Part shown: piece after piece, positions 1 through 12,000 of the stretch
Position numbering within the stretch: position 1 is the first letter of the stretch
How the letters are laid out: every line of letters starts with the position of its first letter
Origin: Psammoneis japonica
Lineage: Eukaryota
NCBI GenBank assembly: GCA_008632985.1
Contig: QPGO01000060.1
Location: 372,001 to 436,000, forward strand
Direction of reading: 5' to 3'
DNA length: 64,000 nt
Notes under the pieces: generated by a model
The model's database searches: none
Told to the model about the DNA's origin: nothing
What the model saw: the letters and a program-made list of their open reading frames with translations, nothing else
Position numbers and translations under genes: made by a program

Positions 1-462
1 TGACAGATTTCGAAATTCTTTTGAAAAAAAAAAAACAGCTGGTGGCGTGACATGACTGAGGGCGGTTCGATCCAATTGCGTCCGAAAATCGTCCAAAAAC
101 GGATGTAATTTAGACAGTCGAATGGATCAATCGCACGTTTTGTACGCCTTGAAAGAAAGAAACCCAGCCAGAATTGCTTATTATCGTTTATCATAGGGTG
201 AATTTTACAAATTCATCATTAGACTGTATTCTTGTTCGATTATTCTTTGCAAAAATCGGCCATAAATCCAAAACTCCTTGGGATGGATCGATAAATCGAT
301 GATCGAGATCGATGAGCAATCAAAATATTGCAAAGATACAGCTGTGCATGTCGGTGTGCCGTGTGCTGTGCATACCAACTTTAGTAACTCCCTGGCTCGT
401 TGTTGCGTTCTTGTTGTCGGCCCTCTAGCATAGAAACCATTTGCGCGAAACAAGTCTGAAAA

Positions 463-2721
463 ATGCTCTCTCGAAATCAAGAAAAGAGACAAAGGTGTCT
501 GGAGGCGATCGGACGATTGCAACATGGTGGAATCGAACATACTGCTATTGAGAACGCGGACTGGGATGGGCTGAGACATGACTTGTGCCGAGCATTCCCG
601 AGCGAGAGCGAGAAGGAGGAAGACGAAGAAGCTTCGAGTGGAGAGGATTCGTCTTTGAGTGAGGCGAGGCCACGAAACAAGAATAAGAGAAAAGTTGTTG
701 AAGTTATTTCACTTCTCTCTGGGTCTGATGATGATGACGACGACGGCCCAGCCGAAACTGAACCACAGCAGACTAACAAAAGACGATCTATTGACAGCGA
801 TTCGTCGTCAACAGCTTCGGAAAACACAGATCGGACCGATCAGTCGTTTGACAACAACAGGCAGGATGAAAACGAGCCCAACACAGACGACTTGAGCGAC
901 AAAGATTCCAGTGACGGCGATTCCAGTGACGGCGATTCGAGTGACGATTCGTCAACCGACGATAATGCGTCGAGGTATGATGAAGTGATTCCGGGTGACA
1001 ACCCTCGTGCTTCAGAGAGCCACACAGACAGCACCTCTTCACTTCACGGAGAACAAGGAGCTACACCTCATGATGTGCAGGACGATCAAGTTGATGTGCA
1101 GGACGATCATGTTGATTTGCCCTTTCCCTCAATCGACGACAGTTCGGTTCGAGTAGGCGATTCTGGGGCCAGTGATCATGAAACAAACGAAGATGGACTA
1201 GAAGAAGATGAATACAACATTGAAGGTCTTGATCTAGAGGAGGATGAGGAAGAAGAAATTGTAAAACAGTTTCGAAAGAGAGTGAGACCAGTGGGCGAGG
1301 CACAAGCTGAGCCAAGTGTGTTGGAACGGACTGGGGAGATTCTGACCGAGCCCGATGAGGACTTAGAAGACTTTGAAGAGATTGAAAGCCACGGCTATTC
1401 TTTTCGAGTTGGGAAAACATATCACTTTCAAGCTCGAGACGGAGGAACGTATCTCTACGGCATACAAAGACTATATCGTCGGTCCGACGGAAGGTCGTTC
1501 GCTGAATGTTTTCAAGTCCTGCGTCTTGAGGAAACGTTTCTGGGCATACAGTCGACCCAGTATCCTTACGCACGTTTTGCGGAAAAGGACAGGTTTCCGC
1601 TCGATAAGAGGTTTGGCCAGGAAGCCGAAGATGTGGATGGCATTCCGACTTTGACGTACGAAGACTATCGAGGAAAAGGCCTGCACGTCTGTTACTATCC
1701 ACCAAAGCCGGGGCAACCGCTGAAAATCCATCCGTTCGAGAAACCCACATTGGTCGATCTGTTTGCCGGTGCTGGTGGAATGCACAATGGATTTCATGCC
1801 GCTGGCTTTGGAACTGCCATTGCCGTTGAGAAGAATCCGTTTGCTGCGTGGACCTTGTCCGCTGCAACCAAGAATATTTTCACAGGCGACGTGGCGGCGT
1901 TTCTGGAGATGTGCCATAATCCGTCCTTCCGCAGGCAGCTGGGTTGGGTATGGCATCTTCATCTGTCTCCTCCCTGCCAAGGCTTCTCTGCTGCAAATCG
2001 AAATGGTGGTAGAAATGACCACGCCAACAATGAACTCTCTCTCAAGTTTGTAGATTCTGTCAAGTTACTCAAGCCCTACACTGCGTCTTATGAGATGGTC
2101 ACTGGGATTCTCCGAGAGGCCCATCGAAGCTACCTCTCACGGATTATACTTGGCCTTATCGAAGAGGGATATCAAGTCCGATGTACCATTCTCAATGCTT
2201 GCGACTATGGGGATCCACAAAATCGCCGCCGACTCATCATATTTGCAGCTCGTCCTGGCATTGAACTTCCCAGACGACCTCGAGCGACCCACGGAGATCC
2301 ACCGTTGTTACCTCCAATGACAGTGGAGGATGCTATCGGTGACTTGCCTTGTCCTCAGTCACCAAGCACTTGCGAGATGAAACATAAACACAAGACTCTG
2401 TACAATACATGGTATCCTACAACGAAAGCAGTTCCTGGTGACCCCGACACTGTCGTCCTAGAACCCCACAAGCCGGCTTCGACTGTCCGCGCCAGCTCTC
2501 GTCCACCTCTTCATTATTCACCAATCGAAAAAGAAGAAGGAGAAGTGAAATATCGATGCATAAGCTTGAGAGAGGCTGCTCTACTACAGTCGTTCCCTCG
2601 TCACTACAAGTTCTGGGGTCCACCAAAGCAACAGCGCATGCAAGTTGGGAATGCAGTCCCCGTGAGACTGGCGACAGCCATTGCGCGGAGTGTCCGCGAC
2701 GTGTTTGATTCAGCGACATAA
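463..2721 (+). CDS. C5 cytosine DNA methyltransferase, RID/Masc1 (DNMT4)-like, with a long acidic disordered N-terminus
   Basis: Motif I DLFAGAGG, motif IV HLSPPCQGFS (HLSPPCQ is typical of RID/Masc1), motif VI YEMV, motif VIII QNRRR, motif IX REAALLQSFP, motif X QVGNAVPV. The N-terminus is D/E/S-rich, with a 15-bp tandem repeat at 904-945. A possible degenerate BAH-like segment precedes the catalytic domain. Confidence 0.9.
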   Translation: MLSRNQEKRQRCLEAIGRLQHGGIEHTAIENADWDGLRHDLCRAFPSESEKEEDEEASSGEDSSLSEARPRNKNKRKVVEVISLLSGSDDDDDDGPAETEPQQTNKRRSIDSDSSSTASENTDRTDQSFDNNRQDENEPNTDDLSDKDSSDGDSSDGDSSDDSSTDDNASRYDEVIPGDNPRASESHTDSTSSLHGEQGATPHDVQDDQVDVQDDHVDLPFPSIDDSSVRVGDSGASDHETNEDGLEEDEYNIEGLDLEEDEEEEIVKQFRKRVRPVGEAQAEPSVLERTGEILTEPDEDLEDFEEIESHGYSFRVGKTYHFQARDGGTYLYGIQRLYRRSDGRSFAECFQVLRLEETFLGIQSTQYPYARFAEKDRFPLDKRFGQEAEDVDGIPTLTYEDYRGKGLHVCYYPPKPGQPLKIHPFEKPTLVDLFAGAGGMHNGFHAAGFGTAIAVEKNPFAAWTLSAATKNIFTGDVAAFLEMCHNPSFRRQLGWVWHLHLSPPCQGFSAANRNGGRNDHANNELSLKFVDSVKLLKPYTASYEMVTGILREAHRSYLSRIILGLIEEGYQVRCTILNACDYGDPQNRRRLIIFAARPGIELPRRPRATHGDPPLLPPMTVEDAIGDLPCPQSPSTCEMKHKHKTLYNTWYPTTKAVPGDPDTVVLEPHKPASTVRASSRPPLHYSPIEKEEGEVKYRCISLREAALLQSFPRHYKFWGPPKQQRMQVGNAVPVRLATAIARSVRDVFDSAT

Positions 2722-2924
2722 GCATGTCTATGATCCACTGAATCATTTCATTGATGCTGTTGTTCATATTTTTATGTAGCATTACGTACTGCTACTGCAT
2801 TCATACTCTTTGAAGATATATTGTTCTGAAATTTGAAAGGGCTGGAACAATTATAATTCACGATGAGAAATAAATGACGCTGCGTCTATGCTTTATTGCG
2901 TTGTCGCTCAGCAAGTTGACTTTC

Positions 2925-3935
2925 TTATTCTAGCAACTCGTCATAGCACTCTTCATCGTTTTCCTGTTCCAAAAAATCCTTCAGAATGCCTTTTTCTTGC
3001 CGTTTTGTGACCAACCTTGGTTCCATTCGGAGTCTCAGCTCACCACCTCGTTCCGAAATCACAGCGTGCACTGCATCAATCGCGTTCTCGACAAGTTCGA
3101 TACCAACCGCCTCGTCAAAGACCACAGTGGAAATTGCGAAGGTGGGGGGCACCACGAGCTTGACTTCCACCCGTTCGTCCACCGCCATTCCGGCAAAGAG
3201 AGCGTCTTGGATTCCATCAATGCCAGCCATGGCAAAACACGTGACGTCGATATCGCTACGAATCTTGATGGGTTTGGGTGCCCACCGGTTTCGAATGTGG
3301 CCCTTTAGCTCTTCAGCGAGGTCTGGTGGAATGTCCAGGCTCTCAAAGGGATCTTGAGAATCATCTTGCTCCACCGCAACAATCTGTTGGAATGCATTAA
3401 AGGCATGCCCATGCGTTTTGTAGAGAGGCCAAGCAATTCGCTCGTAAAGATCTTGGAGTTCAAGTTTCTGAAGTTTTGCAACATGTCGAAGAATTCCATG
3501 CACCGCCTTTGATTTCCTGTAGTAGGACGTATGCTGTTGCACTTCTTCTGGAGTCACGCGCCGTTTGGTCAAATCGATAAATCCCTTTTTCTTGTCGACC
3601 GAAACAACCTTGACAACCTCCAAACGGCCGATTCGGACATGATTGTGAATGGATCGCATGACGCTCTTTGGTGAGACTTCTTGCTTGACAATCAAGCCCT
3701 CCACGTCATTGTACTCCACAAGTGAACAGTAGACACCTACTTCTTCAATACGCAAGACTTTTGCCATGGCAAAGCTTGATTCTAGTGGATATTCTTCTTG
3801 GTAGTACCGGCAACTCAAACAAGCATTGGTATCATTTTCAACACTGCTGCAATTGTCATTGGCGGTGGTCCCAGCTTCTTGTACCACTCTCTCTGAGGAT
3901 GAAACTTCGTCATCACTTGGTGTGGATGACAACAT
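2925..3935 (-). CDS. eIF2alpha: Translation initiation factor 2 alpha subunit, divergent paralog
   Basis: S1 domain (RYYQEEYP...SLVEYNDVEGLI...VDKKKGFIDLTKRRV), helical domain (KSKAVHGILRHVA...IAWPLYKTHGHAFNAF) and C-terminal domain (KIRSDIDVTCF..GIDGI..AL, KLVVPPTF). Confidence 0.9.
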   Translation of the reverse strand: MLSSTPSDDEVSSSERVVQEAGTTANDNCSSVENDTNACLSCRYYQEEYPLESSFAMAKVLRIEEVGVYCSLVEYNDVEGLIVKQEVSPKSVMRSIHNHVRIGRLEVVKVVSVDKKKGFIDLTKRRVTPEEVQQHTSYYRKSKAVHGILRHVAKLQKLELQDLYERIAWPLYKTHGHAFNAFQQIVAVEQDDSQDPFESLDIPPDLAEELKGHIRNRWAPKPIKIRSDIDVTCFAMAGIDGIQDALFAGMAVDERVEVKLVVPPTFAISTVVFDEAVGIELVENAIDAVHAVISERGGELRLRMEPRLVTKRQEKGILKDFLEQENDEECYDELLE

Positions 3936-5649
3936 TTTGCTTTTGTTACGTTGATTTGAAAGTGTGTCCGACTGAGAAAAAGCGCGGATCTTTTCTAGTG
4001 TTATTATGAGAAAGGATGCTGATGAATGCTTTGTGAGACGTGAAGTGTTTGTGATGCGGGACAGAAAAAGCGAGGCTGCGAGTTAGTCGGATAAGTCGTT
4101 TCTATGCGCGACTCAGAATTGCGAATTTCAAAATTGCCCCACCACTGAATCGCGGGACTCACATGCAAGTGAAGAGGCGATGGCGCATCTTTTCTTGTTT
4201 TGCACAGCACCAGCTTCCAGCTTTGATTTCGAAGCTTATCGTTGTGACACTTCAGCACTTCACCTTCAGCCAGTTTCTCCTATCCAATGCAACTAAGATG
4301 AAGAATGTCTTTCAACCCATTTTTGTCATGAAAACATCATCTCTTCTCTCTTTGGCGTCGGCCCGGCAGCAACTCTTCAGGTTTGCCCATCATTCAAGGA
4401 CAATTCCAGCATGAGTTGCCTTCTCCATTGGCATTGTGAACCACTGCAATCAGATCAAAATAACTCAGAGGAGCTTGCAAAAGAAAAGTTGGGCAATTCT
4501 CACATTGTGCGACGACTTTCAGTGCACGGCCCCCATGGATGCTTCTAAAACAGCAGAGGCGCTGTGGGGGGCACAGGAGTTGGAGGCAAACAGGCCAAAG
4601 AATGTGCTCCCCAAGGCAGCTGCTCCTTTTGCCTCAGTTGCAATGCTTTACCTGAGTTTTGTGGCACCAAACAAGATTTGCCTGTTCACTCAGCTCTGCG
4701 CACAGAATGGCAAAAGCTTCTTGCTGGAATGCTCGCCAGACTGTGGATCAGAGTGGGCAGTCATCAAGGAGTGCAAGACTAGAAGAGCTGGCAAGAATTG
4801 GCTGCTCCACTTTCATGTTGCAAACCCAAGGGCCACAACCCCATCCTTTGTGCCAAGTCATCACACAGGTTGCACCTCTCATGTGCGACACAACACATGC
4901 AGATGACAGGACATTCATTGACACGATTCTGGCACAGGGTCTTCAGTCTCCTTGTGCCCCTTCTTCAAAGCCTCTTTCACATCTTTTAAACAAGTTGAGC
5001 TTTGGTGACACCAGAAATGAGATGACTGGCTTTGCAGAAGCAGGCTTTGCCGAGGGAACGGATGTCTCTCTTCTCACTGGTCAAATTTCTGCAGCCAGCG
5101 GCAAATTTGGGAACAAATGTCACACCAGGCAGCTCTTCAGTTGTGTCATGATGTCAAGCACAAATGGTCTGTCCTTTTTCCAAGCCAATGCAAACAAATT
5201 GAGCTGGACTCACCGTCTTTCCAACAGAAGCTGCTGTCAAAAAAAGCAAAGAACAGCCAACCTTTCTGCACTTTCCATGAAAAAAATTGTGAGCCATTCT
5301 GCCGACACCCCAAATCATTGAAGAAAAAATCAATTGTGGCACCTCAATCATGACATCCCATGACATGCAAATGGCAGATGTCCACGCCATCAGAGTTCAT
5401 TTGGTCCCCACAAAATGGCACAACAGATCAAGCCGATTCATCTCAAATTAAATTCCAACATGGAAGCAAAAAAAGCCCAAATTTGACCACCAACTCTCAC
5501 TGGCTTGGGAGTCAAACACATGGACAACTCATGCCAGGTGTTGAACCTTTGTTGTTGGGACTTTGCCAAAACAAATGATGGCACATGTCCCATCATCATT
5601 GACCAGTCACACACTTCATCAAAACATCCACAAGATTCATCTCACCATC

Positions 5650-8600
5650 CTCTCTGCCAGCTCTTGTGATTCCAGCTGCCTGCCACAGCTTCTTGAGCCA
5701 CACGACAATTGACAGCATTGTGTTTCTTGTGTGGAACAAATTCAGGTGTGCTCACATTCTTGACCACACTGCTGTTGTGTCACAAGGTGCATTTGCTGGA
5801 CCTTCAACAGGATTGCCAAACATTTGCAGCTTGCAACTTGAAGCAACAATGAAATCCTTTGCAACCCTTGAAGCAACCAGTTCACTCCCAAAAGTTGCTG
5901 ACTCAACCACATTCTGCCATTTGTTGAGCCAGACAAATGGGTGCATTCTGCACAAAATCAACATCTGCACTGTGCACCCTGCATGATTGGTTTCAACAAA
6001 ACAAGAGACATGCAAACTGGGACACACCTGGGTTTTGGGATCTTGGCTGGCAACTCTTCTTCAACACACCGTGAAAGTTTGTCCAATCTATGTTGACATT
6101 GAAAGCTGACTCATCAGTCTTGCTTGGTGACTTGGGGTCATGTCTGATTCTTCCCAGATCTTGACAGTGAGACAGGCATGAGACTTCATGAAAAGCATCA
6201 ATTCTCCCAAAACTCCAATTTAGTGGAGATGCAATGACGTTCCCTCTGGCCCCAGCTTTGCTGTTTCATGCAACTCTGGTTTGCATCTGGAGGGTGAGGG
6301 ATTCTTCACATTGCTGGCCTTGCATTTTCCATCCTCAAGCAACAGTCCCTTGATTGTTTTGATTGCTTCCTCAATGCATGACTTGGGCGAGCTTTCCCAA
6401 ATGAGTCATCTGTCTTCCACCCAGATCTTCTCAATGTCCATGCATGCCCAAATGATGTTCAGGTTCCCCTTTGCTTCCTGGTTTCACAGCAACACTGGCA
6501 TTTGTCTGATCAACAATTGACATTTCCCCTGATGCAAGACTTTCAAAATGTCATCAACACAAACCAAAAGCACATCACAGCATTCATGCCCATCTTTGTA
6601 AGTTGCTGCACAATTCCAAACATCTGGATCTGCTGCTGCAGATTCAAAACCTGTGTCACAAACCACAGAAGTGAGGTGTGTTTGCCACAAACAACCAGGG
6701 CTTTTGTTTGCTTTCCAATTCTCCACATTTGCTGCCACCTTCCAACCACCTTTTCTCCACACATGTTGTGCTCAAGCATGCACTCTGCAGATCAATCTCC
6801 ATGATGTTGCATCATTGAGAGCAACCAACAATGAGCCAATTTGTGTGCCGTCTCTTGATGCAACACTTGAGTGCATGATGCCAGGGCTTTTGTTTGCTTT
6901 CTGATTCTCCACATTTGCTGCCACCTTCCAACCACATTTTCTCCACACATGTTGTGCTCAAACATGCATTCTGCAGATCAATCTCCATGATGTTGACACC
7001 ATTGAGAGCAGCCAACAATGAGCCAATTTGTGTGCCATCTCTTGACACAACACTTGAGTGCATGATGCCTGTTGGTGCTTTTGTTGCATGCCCACCACCA
7101 GCAACAAATCTTGCCTTTTGCATGAAATGTGTCTTGACATCAAAGGTCAAATGACAATCAATCTCCTGATGGCCAATCATCTTGAGGTTCTTGCCTTCCC
7201 TTGTCTGTTGCAGAGTGCAACCTCCTTCCTCATTCCTCATTCCAAGCAACCTTGACCTCAGACATCTTTTTGTTTGTTGCCTTCTGCCAACAATCTGTCC
7301 CCATTTCCTGTCAAACTGCAAGGCTTTGCCAGTGTTTGTTGGCTGTTGAGTGCCAAACTCATGCATTGTTTGCCAATGCTTGGTGCCTTTGTTGCTTTAG
7401 ATGCAACATGGTTTCTTTTCTGCAGCACTTGTGGTGCCCACCAGGAAAATGCCAGTTCATCAACAATGCGGCAATTTGCCACAGCATGTTCTGTTACCTT
7501 GGTCAGGTTTTTGATGCTTTTAAATCTTGTTTCAATTTGATCCATTCTGTTGGTCCATCCTTCCACAAAACCATCAGTGTTTCCAACATTGAGCTGTCAT
7601 TTTCAGTTGTTCTCACCCACTCTTGGTCCAAATCTTGGCCTGAGATGTTGACATCACGAGTCACCTCACTTGTGATCATTTGTCTCCTGCAACATTGAAT
7701 GACATGTGATGCCCACCTGAGTCCACTTGCTCAAAAATGTTCTCTGCAACAATGTTGGCAGTGTGCCTGTCAGTTGTTCCATCTGCGTGGGTGACTTCAT
7801 GTTCTCTGGTGTCAAAGATGGGGTTGTCAGGATCACATCTGACAGGTCTCGTCCATCTGCCCCCCATGAGCACTTGGTGACTGCACCCTTCCATTCTGCA
7901 CCAGTTGTTTCAACTTCAAATGGCATTTTCATTCCAAGATGAGTGTTTGTTGCTTCATCATCATTGTCTTCTGGTCACTCATCAATTGACTCAATGATCA
8001 GCTGGAGTCACACCAGATTTGTGTGCTGCTGCAGGGTTCTTGTCAAGAGTCACATCATCCAACACAAAGGCAAACTGATTTTCTTTCTGATTGATTTGGA
8101 AATTCTTGTCATCAAATCCAGCTTCCAATTTCTGATCAAACTCCTTGATCTTCTGTTTGATGTCCTTGCTCAGAGAATCATCTCCACCAGTCACATGCTC
8201 AGCTGACATTTTGGAAACCAGCTCCCCATTCTCAGCAATCAAACAAAAGCACATGTCCAATCCAACCTTGTGAGGAGATGTGCCAAGCCATCCAGCTGAT
8301 CTTCCAGGATCATCTGCAGCATTTGGTTTGTCAGGTTGATCCCACCACCAAACAAGATTGCAAAACTCAAAATCAAGACATTCTTGCCAATCTCAGGAGT
8401 TTGTTCAGTGACTTGTTCACAACCAGCTCATTTGTCCTTGCCTCAAGCCATGCAACTCATCAGCTCACTTTTGCACACAAGACCAAAATGCCAGAGACAT
8501 TTTGGCACTTTCTTCTGGGTCATTTGCAACCACAACCTTTTGGCCAAATTTCCAATCTCCCTCTCAGCTGCACAACTCTAATTCTTTCTGCCTTGTTCTG

Positions 8601-9790
8601 CAACTTGCAACTGGATCTTCATCCACCTGTGTGTTTGACAAACTTGGCATCACTTCCAGCAAACTCTCCAGCTCCATCAGCAGTCAAGCCCTCAGGTGCT
8701 CCCACATCATTGGCCAAATTGATCAATGAGGACTGACCTGCCTCAGAGCAAGCACTCATCAGTTGCTTTTACAAACTTGCTCTGCACAACACAAACATTT
8801 GTGCACACATTCCCAACAATCAACTTGACACTTGAAAGCAAAGCATTCATGACCTTTCAATCTTGGTTGATGCAAGAAGTCCAAATGATCAACTTGCGCA
8901 TGTCTTGACAGTGGTTGGGTGGCTGTCTTTTTGCACCATGCTGAGTTGTTGCATTCAATGCATCTTTTGCCATTTTGAGCCTCACGTTCCACTTCCTTGC
9001 TGGCTCCTTTGCCACGACCTTGGAATGTCTGTCACTTGTTCTCAGTTCTTTCATCTTTTGCTCATCAACACTTTGCAACAAGTGAGTGTGATGTTGACAG
9101 ATGACATCATGCAACCACAAAATGACTGCAAACAACAGACAGGCAACACATGCTTTGGACCACATTTGACTTCACCCCATTGCACAGCATTTGAATTGCT
9201 CCTCTGTTGCCTCAATTTTGCAATCTGAGTCTTCTTCATGCTTCATGTTGATGATCACATCATTCTCATTGCATTTTGTTCCATGGCTCAACTCCTGATT
9301 CCAAGATCAAGATTTTGTCAGGTCCCATTTGACACTGGTCAAAAGAACAACTGGCAAAATTTCTTCTTCCCACTTTGTTGGAATGTGAGACTCAAAGCCA
9401 ACAGCAAGTTAGTCACTGGGGTTTGAAAAGGGATGAAAGCTTTGTCCACTTCTTGAATTCCAAAAGAAAAGTCATGACAACCAAATGGATTGTCTGAGAC
9501 CAGGACCTTGGCTGCATGCATGAATTTGATTCAGATTGAGAAGAGCATGTCTGAGTTAACTTGCAGGCCATGAAATTTGATCTCCAGCCAAGGAACATTC
9601 TTGACTTAAACTGGGGTCAGTCCAAACAGCCCAACATCTGGTGACAGGCATTTCCTTGACTGAATCACAAGTGTCCAAAATGGAGATGCCTCACAAACTT
9701 GATTTGTGAACTCCATGGGAGCTCAACTGGTGCTGGTGCAACAAGTGTTGGGCATGAGCATCGCACTCATTTGTGGCACAACAATGTCCA
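5650..9790 (-). mobile_element. Degenerate Ty1/Copia (CoDi-like) LTR retrotransposon pol: protease-integrase-RT-RNase H
   Basis: Protease-like ECDAHAxTCC near 9740-9770; integrase-region remnants near 8300-9050; RT HQEIDCHLTFDVK..KARFVAGG..HSSVVSRD..DLQNACL (6900-7180) and LLVCVDDIL (YVDD); RNase H QNVVESATFGSELVASR..KLQMFG.PVEGPAN..CD (5752-6027). Multiple frameshifts; LTRs not identified. Confidence 0.9.
6695..7069. repeat. Tandem duplication of about 186 bp inside the Copia RT
   Basis: CCAGGGCTTTTGTTTGCTTT starts at 6695 and again at 6881. The copies align through CATGATGCC, and their differences include CA/TG doublets. Confidence 0.95.
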
Positions 9791-10739
9791 GGCTTTGTTG
9801 CACATGAATTCATTGCTGAAGAAACAGCCAACAGCAAGAATGGTGCACCGTGTCACAACACTGACTTGACTTGATGGAAATTGTTGGGCAGCATTGCACT
9901 GGCAAAAGCAATGGCAGAATGCACAGCAAAGGACACAACCAATGCCAATGCGTTGTTGCTGTTGCAGGCACCCCAAGCTGTCAAAAGGAATCCAGCTCTC
10001 CATTGCAACCACCTTTGTCACCTTGTCCATGTCCAGGATCAGCTTCAGGCATTGTTTTGGATTCCACAGACTTTGTCTCTGAAGACCTGATGTCACATGT
10101 GTTGCACCCACATCCACTGTCATGCCCTCCATGGCGACCATTGTGACCACCTCCAGCTTGCTCCTCTGCCACAGGGGTGTTCATGTGCTTTTGTCACATG
10201 GGCTCCACTGCTTTTGAGCTGCAACGACAACATTCATTGGGTGAAAATGAATGTGTTGGATTGGAAATGTCCACTCCATTGATGATGGTGTTTGACACAA
10301 ATTAGATCCAACGCCATCATGACCTTTGCTTCCTCCATGGCCACATTGACCAGGGCCCTGTCCACCTCAACTGCAGCCTGGTCCATTTCCAGGTCCTCCT
10401 TGAGACAACTTGGACATTTTGCAAAATGCCATGCTTTCAATTGTGCACCACCATGGGTTCCAGTGTGCACAGGAAGCACGCATTGGAGGTTCACCAAAGA
10501 AACCCCAGCATTGCTGGAGGAAGAAGGGTGAAGCTGCTGGCTGTGCTGGCAAAAATGTTGCAGTTCTCAAGTGACAATGCAGACAACAAAGAGAATGCAC
10601 AAAAAACAAATGTGCAAAAAACTTTGGCAGGAAGCCTGCACTGCCAACTCAGAGCTCTGTTGCTGAGGTTTCTATGGAGTTGGATGCACGCTGCCCATGC
10701 AGTTCATTGAGAAGCATCCTGATGAGGATGTCTCTTGTT

Positions 10740-12000
10740 CTGCTTGGTCAAGAGCATGCAACAACAAGGTGGTTAAAACCTGTGTATCCCACAAGCATTT
10801 TTCTTCACATGCAGGTGCATTTCAGCATGTGCCAAGCTGCAAGGGCAACAATCCTGGTGGAAAAACAGAGCATTGGCAAGAGGGTCAGTTTCATTGGAGC
10901 AAGAAGGTGTCATGCATTTGAGCCTCTGGGATGCTTCAATGAAGAGAGACTTCAGAAGATCATGATTGCGGCCTTGGGTGACAAGCCGGTGGCAGAACCA
11001 TTTTACAATTGCTGTGCAATCACTGAGATTTGGGTTTCTGTGAATCCAGCATTGGTGAAGACCACCATGAATGATGCTGTTCAGCACTCCTGGAGGATGA
11101 GCTGAGGTTGGAGGAATTTACAAGTGGAGACTCCTGTCTTTCTGGCAGGTCTTGGATTCTGTCTGACTTGTTGCTCTGATTTGCAGGTGAAAGTCTAAAA
11201 AGACTGCTTTGTTTTGCAGCAAGGATGCCACCCATTGAAGGGAGATGAAATCATTGAGTTCCTTTTTGAAGTTTTTCCAAGCAGGGCCTTCTCTGCCAAG
11301 CTGTTTTCTGAAGATGTCATCAACAAACATCCGCAGCATGGGAGATTGAGAGTGCATCTTGCAAGAATGGCTTGTTGTTTGTGGAGAGCCACACACATGG
11401 TGGCATGCACGCAGGTGGTGCTTGTGCTCATTGCTGCACTCTTCAGCTGCAGCCAAAAGATGTTGTAAAACTGCATGACATTTTGTTCAATTGCAATTTC
11501 CAGCAAGGTGAGAAAGAAATCCACAGGAAATTTTGCTGGTGCTTCATCGTGGCATTCAAGAAACCACCTGTGGAATGCTTCAAGCCCATGTTCAGTGTCA
11601 GCATTGGTGTGCACACCAAAGCATCCACTGTGAAAAGTTTTGGGTGGGGTGGAAGGGGTCCTGTGGAGTTGGACTGGACACATGGCAAAGCTCTTTCATT
11701 TTTGAGTCCAGCCAACATGAAGCTGTGTTGTTGTGGCTGCCTGCATTGCCAACAATCAGGTGGGTCTTCCATGGTGATTGGTGGACTTCAGGAGCAACAC
11801 AGAATTGTGGCACTTGGTGGGGCAGCTTGAAGCTGTGTTTGAATCAGGTGACTTTAGATGGGGAGAGTTTTCTTCTGAGGATGCCTTTCATGCACTTCAG
11901 AGAAGAGGTGTTGTCTCTCTCTCATGCACTCAGCATTCTGCTCCATGGCCAATGGTCAATTGCTGGCAGTTGTTGGTGATGAGGAGGTGGTCTTGATGTG
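10740..12000 (-). mobile_element. Degenerate Penelope-like retroelement reverse transcriptase (relic may extend to about 12800)
   Basis: LFTVDA..VHTNADTEHG (consensus LFTADA.SMYTNI), NVMQF...FWLQLKSAAMSTS (QxxGTAMG), LRMFVDDIF (RYIDDIF), VFLD, and a C-terminal GMLNSIIHG..HRLVTQG helix. Confidence 0.8.
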
